This document shows, in pieces, positions 23,328 to 34,469 of a stretch of DNA of 64,000 bases (within the stretch, counting starts at the first letter, position 1; each line of letters opens with the position of its first letter). The notes beneath the pieces were generated by a model that searched no databases, had not been told where the DNA came from, and worked only from the letters and a program-made list of their open reading frames with translations. Origin of the DNA: Macrostomum lignano (lineage: Eukaryota); NCBI GenBank assembly GCA_002269645.1, contig NIVC01002108.1, forward strand, positions 62,001 to 126,000, read 5' to 3'. Position numbers and translations under genes: made by a program.

Positions 23328-24351
23328 TTACAAAACCAGCATCTCGAACTCCATCAGTGAGTATAGTAGTAGCCGAAGTACAAGCTCCAAATGACACCCT
23401 GAGCATAGGGATCTCCAGTGGCCTTAGAGGCATCTCTGTACTCCCCATTCGGGTGCGTGCAGTGGCAATCGGTGAACCACCAGGCTCCTCGAAAAAACGC
23501 TGCGCAGTTACCAGGATAAGTGTCGTGATCGGCGTCCTTTGTGGTGAACTGCTGCCCGTTTAGAGCAGAAAAGCAGTCGCCGATGCCGGCGCTGCCGGAG
23601 AAGCCGGAAACGCTCAGCCGGTAGTTGTCGGACTCGGGACCCACGGAGAAGCTGGAGTACTCAGCCCAGTGCTCAGACCCATTCCAGGCTTTCATGAGAA
23701 ACCGCACCTTGTGACTTCCATGCTGCGTGATTTCGTGAAGAGCGTTCAGACCTGAAATAGCAATTGCCAAGCCATTAGCAGTAGGCATTTAAACATGCAG
23801 ATATTTTAGTCTGTACAATAGGTCACAACTTTTTGGTCCTCACCGATCCAGTAGTTTCCGTCGGGTCCCTCGCCGAACTCGCTCTGGTACTGAGTCCAGT
23901 TGCGGTAAAAGTCCACTGTGCCGGACACCCTGTGCTGCACGGTGGTCCAGCAGTCACTGCCGGCTGTCTGCAAGGTGACACAACAGGTGTGCCAGTTTTT
24001 CCACTTTGCATTAACGCTGACATATCTAACTGAGGAACTCACCCGCACTCGCTGAAATCCCTTGTTCGCATTGCGGCACTTCCTGCAGTGGCTCAGGCCC
24101 AGGCGACACCTGAAGTGAGCGCACAGGCTGGAGCTGGCGTTGAACGGCATCAGGTGCACAGCGGTGTCGATGTTGGCACGCACCGCGCACGAGGACTCGC
24201 TTTGGGATGGCAGCGACCTCACGGCCTCGTAGTCGGAGAGGCTCCCGCGGCTCGACTGCCACAGCTGCCCGGAGTTGGCGGCGGATTCGGTCACATGATG
24301 CAGCACTGCAGCCAGCAGCAGCAGCAGCAGCAGCAGCAGAGCGATTGCAAC
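23328..24351 (-). pseudogene. Fibrinogen-related (FReD/ficolin-like) secreted protein, disrupted
   Basis: Exons 24351-24043, 23967-23844 (WTTVQHRVSGTVDFYRNWTQYQSEFG..YWIG) and 23751-23354 (FTTKDADHD..CAAFFRGAWWF..C..PNG). The signal peptide (VAIALLLLLLLLAAVL) has lost its ATG to a LINE insertion, and the terminal YSLMEFEMLVL strand is out of frame. Confidence 0.85.
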
Positions 24352-25083
24352 CTCATAGCCACTCACCAACAGCTCCGGGGGTGCACCGCCATCCTCCAGC
24401 CCGCCATTGACGCCGTGGTAGAATGGTGCAAGACCTGGAAAGTACTTCTCAGCTGGGAGAAGTGCTAGTACGGTACCTTCACCCTTAGCCCAGCCGAGTG
24501 CAATGGCAAACTCCGCCTGCCGCTTACTATCGACGGTCACGAACTCGCCTTCAACCTCCACCCTAGACTGCTTCATCTTCATCTGGGTGCCAGGCCATGC
24601 GGGAATTGCCGGCAACGACGCAGCTGACACCGCCGCCGCCGAAGCTGCCATGCTACCACAAGATACGGCCGCCATCAGCCTCCAGACAGCGCGCGCCGCC
24701 ATCCGCCGCGACCGTCGCGCCCTGGACGCCCAGGTCCTGGGCCCCCCTCTTCATCCGACCAACCCAGGCCGCAGCAGGGCGGAGCTCGTCGCCATGAATC
24801 AGCTCCGAGCTGGCGTCAGCACGCTCTGCGCCGCCACTCGCGCCCGCATCGGCCTCCAGGAAGCTGACGCCTGCCCCGATTGCGGCGCTTCTGATACCGT
24901 TGAGCACCTCATCTACCACTGCCCTCGCGGGGACGCCGCCCGCCTCCGTTTTTTCGGCAGCGACGACCCGCTGGAGGACCGACACGGTCGCATTTTCACC
25001 TTCCTTCGCAGCATGGGGCGCTGGCCCCCGCCTATCTTAGCACCGCAGTGCTAACGGCGAGCCGGGTAGAAAGAAAGAAAGAA
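24352..25083 (+). mobile_element. 5'-truncated, internally deleted I-group LINE (RT end, RNase H end, zinc finger, AAAG tail)
   Basis: LQPAIDAVVEWCKTWK (RT C-terminal part), FIWVPGHAGIAGNDAAD (RNase H), CPDCGASDTVEHLIYHCP, (AAAG)n tail. Flanked by the direct repeat AGAGCGATTGCAAC at 24338-24351 and 25084-25097. Confidence 0.9.
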
Positions 25084-25097
25084 AGAGCGATTGCAAC

Positions 25098-27850
25098 GGC
25101 CTTCAATTGCAACGGCCTTCGGGCTCGTCTCACCAAGCTGGCCAAGTGGCTCCAGACCAACCAACCCACGGCTATCCTGCTTCAAGAGACGAAGCTTCGG
25201 GCGGATCAACCCTTTAACCCACCGGACGGCTACTGCGTGGCCGCTAGGTGCGACGGCCTCCCCAAGGACGCCGCCCAGCGGGGCCCCGAGCTAGCCGAGA
25301 GATCGCCCGGAAGCAGCGCTAGCCCGAACACCTGTCCGACACCGTGGACAAGATGTGGCGGACGCCGCCTCACCAGACCGCGATGCCGGAAGCGCTGGCC
25401 GGAGGACCGCACCGAATGGTGCCCCGGATGCAAATCGGGTCGCACCGGTTGCGTCCGCAGGAAGGAGCCCTGGACAGCGCCGGGCCCGAACCAGGCGGAC
25501 AGCACAGCAACAGCAACAGCAGACGCAAAAATCCAAGCACCCGCATCCACGGCAGCGACAGCGCCGGCGCCTGCTACAGCAGTGGTACCGACGATGACAG
25601 CACGAGCGACTGGCCCAGCATCCTCCAAGCAAACAACCTGGGTGGTGCTGTAAGTGCGGCAACCAAATTTAAGGACGGCAGTGCTCGGTCCGCTGCAACG
25701 TTTGCAGCGACTGGTGTCACCTGTCATGTAGTGGCCTGGGTCGCAGCAACAGGTGGATTAGCGCCTTCAAAGTGGAACAGTGTAACTCTTGTACACCCCC
25801 GGACCGACCGCCATCCCCACCAACGCCTCCCCCGGAGCCGCTCTCGCCACCGCCGCCACCTCCACCGCCACCACCAACGAAAAAGACCCGAAATACCCGA
25901 CCAACCCGGGCGATGATTTTCACCCGCTCGGACATAACCGTCGACAGCAAACCGCCGCCAAGCGACGCGGAGCGCGGCATGCTGGACGTCACGGCAGCCA
26001 CCATTCACCTTAAGGACTCGAAGCCCATCACACTGGTCTCAGTCTACGCACCGCCAACCAGCGAACAGAGAGGCGAGACCTAGCACCCTCCGCTAAACCT
26101 CATACCGGACGCCCAGGGTATCATTTTCGGGGGCGACTTTAACGCCCACTGGAGTTGGGACAGCCACCAAGATGAAGACGACAGGGGCCGCAGGGTGGAA
26201 GCTTGGGCCAACGCGAGGAACCTGAAACTCGCAAACGGTGAACGCCACACCCGCACGAACCCGGGGACAGGCGCTCTATCATCGCCGGACATCACCTGGA
26301 CCAGTAGTAATCTGTTGAGAAGCGTCGCGGATAGTTGGACGACCCAGAGCGACATGAGCTCTGACCATCTCCCCATCACGTTCCAGCTTAGCTCCATCCG
26401 CAAGCGAACTACCAAGCAGCGTCGCCCCCGGACTGGTAAATGGAGCTATCGAAAGGCGGATTGGAACGGCTTTAAACAGGAGCTCGCCGAAATCGATGCC
26501 GAAAGGGAGCGATACCCGACGGGCGGTGTAGCGACCGAACAAGTTCACGCCCTCATTTGTAGCGATATCCTGAAGGCGGCGAGCTACAACATCCCTAAAG
26601 GGACACTCCCGAGGACCAAAATTTTCTGGACCGAAGACTGCGAGAAAGCCTCTAGGGCTTGCAAAGAGGCGCGCCGGACGGCTGAAGCTGAGCCGTCAGA
26701 CTCCAACATTGCAGCCTTCAAATCGGCCAGAAATCGAGTCAGGTCCACCATCCGAAGGCAAAAGACTAAATCCTGGAACGAGAAGGCAGCTCAGCTGGAC
26801 GTTAACAGCGACCTTTTCCGCCTGCTGAAGAACATGAGAGGGGGGAAGGGCGCACCCCCGCTAGCAGCACATCAATTACCAGGCACCAGACGGGTGGCAC
26901 CGCGCCCAGCAGACCGGCGCGAACTAAATTGGAAAAAGCAAACCTGTTTTGCCAGATCTATAGTGCGGTCTCCAGAGTGCCAAACCGTCCAGAAGACAGG
27001 TCGATCAACAAAAAGGCCCATGAAGCGGTGCGCGCTCACTGCTGCAAAACCGGCAAACGCCAGGGAATCTGTCAACCTTTTAACCCTACGGAGTACCGGA
27101 GCGCCGTCCGGGCTCTGAAATCCGGGAAGGCCCCCGGTCAGGACGGCGTTAGTAATGACATGTTGAAGCATCTACCGCCGTCCACAGACAAGAGAATCCT
27201 CGAGCTCATTAATCGGTACTGGCTGGAAGGCAAGTGCCCGTGGCAATGGAGGAAGGCTACCATCATCCCGATTCCCAAGAAAGGGAAGGACGCCAGCAAG
27301 CCGGAATCCTATCGTCCACTCGCCCTCACCAGCTGCGTGGCAATGCTCGCAGAACGTTTGGTCCTCCAGCGCCTCCGTTACGCTCTGGAAGCCTCCGGTC
27401 GGCTGACCGTCAGCCAGGCGGGCTTCCGACGGGGGCGCTCCACGGAGGAGCTCATCGCCGACATCTCCCAGGAGATGTAGACTTACATACTATCCGAACA
27501 GCCTACATCAGCAGCGTCCGTGCTGTGGCCGAGTACGCCGCAGGCACCTGGTTGTGCGGCGCCGCCCCCTCCATTAGGCGAGGCATTGAGCAGCAACAGA
27601 ACGCGTGTGCGAGGCTGATCACGGGCTGCATCATGCCAACCAACGCCCGTTCCGTTCTACAACTGGCCGGGCTTGCACCACTTTCTTTTATCGCGTCCAA
27701 GAGGGCGGCACGCCTAAGGGAACGAGTGCTCAGACTTGACCCGAGCGTCCCTGCGGTGCAGGTAGCCCTGCGAAACACCAAGCCTAGGCTGAAAAGCCGC
27801 ACCTATGAAGCTCTGGCACGCGATCGTGACCGAATCCACAGCGATGGCGC
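25098..27850 (+). mobile_element. Decayed I-group (Ingi-like) LINE: APE endonuclease, PHD finger, partial RT
   Basis: FNCNGLR..LLQETKL, VSVYAPP, GGDFNAH, SPDITW, SDHLPI (APE); WSYRKADW, KAPGQDGV, WRKATIIPIPKKGK, SYRPLALTS, QAGFRRGRST (RT N-terminal half). RT core deleted; several stops and frameshifts. Confidence 0.88.
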
Positions 27851-28519
27851 CGACGACGCCCAGGAGGGCGAGGGCGGAGGGAGAAAGGAGAGGGCGGAGG
27901 GAGGAGGGAGAGGGAAGAGGGCGAGGGCGGAGGGCAAGGGCGGAGGGAGGAGGGAAAAGGCGGATGGAGGAGGGAAAGGGCGGAGGGAGGAGGGCGAGGG
28001 CAGAAGGAGAGGGTGGAGGGAGGGGACGGAATCCCAGCTCATGCTTCATGCTCAACAGACTCACCAGTTGAACTGACTGTTCCGTGATCTCTCAGAATTT
28101 TCAGAATTAGTCCGCAGTCACCCAATACAAGCAATTATGCGAGCCCAATATATCAGCCCCGAATCTGAATTATTCAGTAGCTGCGGTCTCCATGACAACC
28201 AAATAGCTCTTGCTTTCAATAGTGATGCCTCTCTCAGAGGCGGTGAAGATGGGCCGTGAAGCTGACTGCAGCCCACTGCATGCAGAGCGAGGCTGCATTC
28301 GAAGACTCTCTCTCAGATCATTAAGAACTCCCAATTGACCTTTGGCATTTCAGCAGCCCCTATAAGCTACAGAATTTCAGAGATTCCAAACATAAGCCAT
28401 GATATCTCAGCAATTCCCCCATGAGTGTTTGATGTTTGACAGGGCGATTCTATCTTGAACCCTTACCATGCTGAGAGCCACAGCATTTCAGCATTTCCCT
28501 CCTCATGAGAGTGCGCTGG

Positions 28520-28820
28520 CTCTTCTCGTGCGATTCTTTCCTTCCCTCTCTCCCAATCCTCCCCATTCTTTCCTTCCCTCTTTCCCATCTTCCCCATGCT
28601 TTCCTTCTCTCTCTCCCAATCCTCCCCATTCTTTCCTTCCCTCTTTCCCATCTTCCCCATGCTTTCCTTCTCTCTCTCCCAATCCTCCCCATTATTTTCT
28701 TCCCTCTCTCCCATCTTCCCCATGCTTTCCTTCTCTCTCTCCCAATCCTCCCCATTATTTCCTTCCCTCTTTCCCATCTTCCCCATGCTTTCCTTCTCTC
28801 TCTCCCAATCCTCCCCATTC
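28520..28820. repeat. 63-bp pyrimidine-rich tandem repeat
   Basis: Period 63 bp, seen as 21-aa repeats in ORF 28450-28818. Confidence 0.9.
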
Positions 28821-28884
28821 TATATAGGGCCTATATATATTAAGACGCAGAGGGGAGGCCCCTTGCGCGCAGGCGTTCACAGAA

Positions 28885-29192
28885 GGCAATGGCTAGAGCT
28901 CCGGCACCGGAACCCATTTTCTAATGTCTACAGATCCGGCAATGCCATTATAGGGCCTAATAAAGATAGAACATTATATTTTTATTTTTACAGGTGGCTG
29001 ATATTGAGATTTTGTTCTAGATTAAAATTTAAGACGATATGATAAGATTTGGGACAAGATGCTTCTAATATTCAGACTTCTTAAGATATGTTCTTAGCAG
29101 TCTTTAGTTTATATGCTTCTATATGGCACTGCCGGATCCCTAGCTGTTACTGTTAGAAAACGGGTTCCGGCGCCAGAACTCCAGCCATTACC
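28885..29192. mobile_element. MITE, copy 1
   Basis: Long imperfect TIRs GGCAATGGCTAGAGCTCCGGCACCGGAACCCATTTTCTAA / TTAGAAAACGGGTTCCGGCGCCAGAACTCCAGCCATTACC. Homologous to 32045-32350. Confidence 0.8.
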
Positions 29193-29756
29193 TTTGCAGA
29201 ACAGGTAGGAGGGCAGGCAGCAGCAGCCTGAGGGGTTTTGGCTTTAATGCCAAACCACAAAGCTATTTTGAATATCTAACCTAGGCCCAACCTAGCCAAT
29301 TTTAGGCCTTAGACCCTAGGGCCTAATCCAATTTCATATAGGCTAATGCAATGCAATGAGCTTTTTGAGATCTAAGTTATAAACTTGACCTAAATAAAAC
29401 CCAAATCTTCATAAATAAAAATAGGGAAACTCTAGCTAGGCCTAGTATTTTTGCATAAACCTTTATTGCTATCTATTATTATTGCCATTTATTTCTGAGC
29501 ATTGGCCTAGGCCTATAGTACTAGGCCTATATTATATACATATAATAGGGCCTATGCCTATCTATCTTGAATCCCTAACAAAAAATAAAGACTTGAAGTT
29601 AGATTATTATCTTTTTATTTAAGGCTATTTTTTAATATAGCCTAAAGTTCTAAGCCTATGATTTTCTTTTCTAGGGCCTATTATATTAAAAAGTCACCTA
29701 ACTATAATAATGCTATTAGGCCTAGTATTAGGCCTAACCCTTTCTATGAAAATCCT

Positions 29757-31743
29757 TAGTGTTGGGCACCAGTCCATTAATAAGCGTTAATCCGTTAATA
29801 AGCGTTAAGATTTTCATTAATGTTAACGGACTGTTGTTAAGATTTTTTTGAACTAACAGATTAACAAATTTGTGTTAAAAATTTTATGAATTAATGATAA
29901 ATTCATTGTTAACGGTAGTGTCTATGTCAATGACCAAAGATGCAAAAAAGGAATGAAAAATAGAAGTCTTACAAGAAGTTTAAACATTATGAACATATTT
30001 GAGCTTACCTATATGCCTAAATATAATCTCTTTATTTATGACGATGATTATACAGACGTAGGCCTACATGTAATTAACAACTTCTTACAAATAAACTTTA
30101 AAATAATGAATTAAAATAGTGTGAAACTTTATTTCTTGTGTGTGAGCATCGATCGCTTTGATTCACTTCTGTCCCAATCTTTCGCAACTTTCTGCTACGC
30201 TTGCTAATGGTACTGAAACAACCTTCCTATGCATATTTAATTATGAATTTCTCGCTATTAGCTTTTAAGTTTCAAATAAAATAAGTTACTTTTTTACCAT
30301 TTGCTTTACTGGACTTCTTCAAGTTTATGTTGATAAAATAGTTTCAATTTTGATAGGATCATAATTTTGTCTCTATAGGGGTTTTTGATGGTGCTGATTT
30401 CAAATTTGAGCTCCATTTTTAGGTAGCTTTAACCCAATTATATGTACCTTAAAGCCAACCACCGGGGCATGGGGAATGGGGGGTTTTAGGGTGGGGAGAT
30501 TCTTTATGGGGATTGATTTTATCAACATAAACTTGAATAGAGGCATGGAGACCTATTCAAGATTGTGTTGATAAATTCCAATTCTAATAGGGGGGGGGGG
30601 GTTGTAGCTTAAAACCAACTACCAGGGCATGGGGAATAGGGGTTTTAGGGTGGGGAGATTCTTCATGGGGATTGATTTTATCAACATAAACTTGAATAGA
30701 GGCATGGAGACCTATTCAAGATTGTGCTGACAAATTCCAATTTTAATAGGGGGGAGGGGTTGTAACTCCACGACACGAGAAAAGAGAGAATCCACCAAAG
30801 AGTCAACATAATTATGTCAGAAGTTGGTTGAATTCTATAACTTTATCTAAATGAATTTGCTTACCAAAATCAAGTGCTATTACTTCCTTAATACAATAGA
30901 ACTAGTAATCTAGCCTTGTACAGTAATTGGTTTTGAGGAGCGAAATGCTTTGAAGTTGCGAACATTGCTTTGGCTGGGTGCAGTGAAAGTGGTAGTGCAA
31001 AGATCGAGCCGGTCGTGACAGTTTTTAAAAAAAGCGAACAGTGACATGGCACTGTCTATGCATTATAACTAAATTGAAAAACTATTATCAGCCAACGTAA
31101 AAGACAATTGCATATTAATTTGTAGATATTATTATTCATCTTTAATTGGCCTAATGAAGTTCTAGCACATGTGCTATTAGATTAAAAGTCTAGTGGATAC
31201 ACTTTCAAAAATGTATTCGTGGAAACTTTTTCTCACCAAACGTCATTAAGAGAATAGGGAATCGAGTAAATCGTGATTGCATCAACTGTACAGGTAATTT
31301 TCTACACTTTTTTTGCATTTTTATAATTTTGGGTACCCCATAAGTCTCCAATGCAAGTTTCAGAAAAATTGAAAAATTGGAAGTATTTTATCAACATAAA
31401 CTTGAAGAAGTCCGCTTTACTTTTAGTAGTATTATGCATGCAAGTTTTTAAAATGATTATTTATTACTTTTTTAGCTTTCAAATTGCTTAGATGACCTCT
31501 ATGTTTCGCTAAAAAGATGGAATAGTAAAGACATGCAATACAAAGTCTGTTTTGGAAAAAACGTGCAAGATTTCCATATTTTCTGTGTTAACTTTAACAG
31601 ATTAACGCTTATTAACAATTATCAGTTAACTTTCAGTTAACTTAACAAAATTAGGAGTTAAAAAGTTAAGATTTTTTTGTTTTAACACTAACACTTTTGC
31701 TATTAATGGAAGTTAAGATTTTCATTAATGGTGCCCAACACTG
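29757..31743. mobile_element. Non-autonomous hAT DNA transposon (about 2 kb)
   Basis: 15-bp TIR (T/C)AGTGTTGGGCACCA, perfect 8-bp TSD AAAATCCT (29749-29756, 31744-31751), subterminal GTTAA repeats, and an internal tandem duplication near 30450-30760. Confidence 0.9.
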
Positions 31744-32044
31744 AAAATCCTACAGATGCCATTAAGTTGTATAAGGGCTTTTTTTCTATCTCATCAAAAT
31801 TCTATCAGTTAGCTACCAAGTTGTTACATGTAGGGCCTATATTTACTCTTAGCTAGGCTAGGCCTATTCTATCCTACTAAGGCCACTAAGTTGATATTAC
31901 TAAGTTACTTATTTGACCTTATTTTATCTCTGTTAACTCAATATATTATGAATCTTTTACTATATATATATGGGCTATTGTCAGAACAATTTACCCTGGT
32001 AGCTCTAGACTCTAGTGCTTGAGCAATAAAACACTATTGACTAT

Positions 32045-32350
32045 GGCAATGGCTAGAGTTCTAGCACTGAAACCCATTTTCTAATGGCTAAGCCTATGGA
32101 TCTGGCAGTGGTATTCCAATAGTGCAATTTATAGATATAGTAATAGTATAGTAGAAACATTTTACTTTTCAATGGGTGGTTGATATTGAGATTTTGTTTA
32201 AGATAAAATCAAAATCAAATGATAGATTCAAAACAGAGATATTTAGACCTAATGTTCAAAGATTTCATTAGTAGATAACTGCCTATAGAAGACTGCCAGA
32301 TCCATAGCCATTAGAAAACAGGTTCCAGTATTAGAACTTTAGCTATCATC
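32045..32350. mobile_element. MITE, copy 2 (AT-shifted)
   Basis: Same TIR and internal sequence as 28885-29192 with many C>T and G>A changes. Confidence 0.78.
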
Positions 32351-34469
32351 ATTGACTACTAATCACTAATTTTAAATTACCTAATATGGCATTACCAATG
32401 ACTAAGGGGTCTTTAGCTTTCCAGCTTTTCAGCACTATCTATCTCAACTTAACATTGCATCATGCTATTTCAGCTATAACAGTCTATGTTTACTTCTGGG
32501 GAATCCCCTCTTTTTACTAGGCACTCTGCTTTTCTTATTTTTCTAAGACATTCTATTCAATAATCATTTGCTTAATTAGCAAAATGCCCTTAGTCTCTCT
32601 AATAAAGCTTTTCTACCTCACAATCTTGCTTTATTTGACAATCATTGACTTATTTCTCACTTCAAATAACTAAGATAGAAAGACTGACTTGTGTTTTATT
32701 TTGAACTGAAAAAAGTTAACTGTTCAGGCTAATTTCTAAGGTTGAAATTAGTTTTACATCAATTTCACTTCTATTTATATTATCAAAAAATGTTCCCATT
32801 CCATTGGCTAACAAAATTGTGACTAAAACTTTGTTTTAAAACAAAAATAGCTTTATTGGTTAAAATAAAAATTTGCTTTAATGAAAACAACTAGCATATT
32901 TAAACAAACAATCTTATTAAAAAGTTTTTATTAGGGATTAAAATTATTACCAATAAAATACTAATAATTTTTAGAATTAAAATATGCCTAATTACATAAC
33001 AAATTTAGAACCACTACTATAATAATATGATTACTATTTTATTATACAAATACTATATGATTCATGGAAATTTTTTGCTAAAAGTCAATTCACCAAATAT
33101 CTTTTTGCCAAAAGTCTATTTGCAGAAAACCTGATTAGCAAACTGATATCCACCAATTCAATTAATTTATGATACTTAGGCTAATGGTCTAAAGGTCTTA
33201 AGTTCAATTTTTTGGTTGTCATTGCTGAGAATATTTTAATCCATTAGGCCTCTATCAATTTTGGAATACCTTTTTTGCTAGTGCAATTTTTTTAATTGTA
33301 TAAAAATGGAAAAAATAATTTTGTACAACAATCTACTATTGATACTTATAGGCTATATGATAGTTAAGCCAATATGTATTGAGAGACTTCTTTCCCAATT
33401 TTGCCTATTATAGTAGCCATCTTTACCTTTATCCTATTCTTCACCTTCCTTGCCCCATTGCATTGGACTTATGACTAATTACTATTGATTCACTAGCTGC
33501 AGGCAGGGTGTTTGGATTGTTAAATAGCAATTTTAAACAAAACAAACATATACGAGATAAATTAAACATTGTTCATTGTTTATATATATTTTCTCATTGA
33601 TATTTGTTTGTTATTTTTTTGTTTGACAAAACAACAACTTTTAGTAAAACAACCTACTTTTAACAAATCAACTTTTGGCAAATTGACTTCCTACTTTATT
33701 ATATTAGTAATAGACTAGTATTACTAGGCATAGCTCACATAGCTATAACACTAAGCAAAGCTCTCAGACTTGCATCAGAGTCTTGTTCTTATATTTGACT
33801 AATAACCTTTACTCAAAATAGTCTTCAGCTTCATAGTAAATAGGTATAAGGTTTTATTTCTTGACCAATATTAAAAAATAATTTTTGTTTCAAAAGCAAA
33901 TGAGATTTATTTAATGAAATAGAAAGATTGCTAAAATCACTTCAAATCATTCACTAAAGTCTTTGTCAAATATCTTTAATCCCATGTTATCATGCCATAC
34001 AAATCATAATTAGCCTATATAATAGCATAACTTCTATGAGTAGTATACTTCTCGTAGAAGTATACTACTATATAACTTCTCGTAGTATAAGCTGCATGAC
34101 CTAGAATAATGGCTATGCCCTTATTTATTACTAGGTTTTATTGCTTAAGTTTTCATGCTCATATAGATAGATAAATTTAGGCTTATTGTTAATATATATG
34201 AATCTTTAGGAAAATTAAAGATCATTAATTTCAAATTGCCCTAAAAATCGCTTCAAATTTGTCAGACTTAATGAATATAAATTTATATGAGTAAAAGCAT
34301 ATAAAGAAATGTATTTCAAATAAAAAAGCCTCTTGGATTTTTTAAAGTACATTTTTTTATTTTAAGAAGAAAAAATATAGAATTTAATGTTTTATGTCAT
34401 AGCCCCTAAAAGTGAATAAAATAGTGTAATTTAATTGCAATAAATTATATCACTACAGCTCCTGCCACA

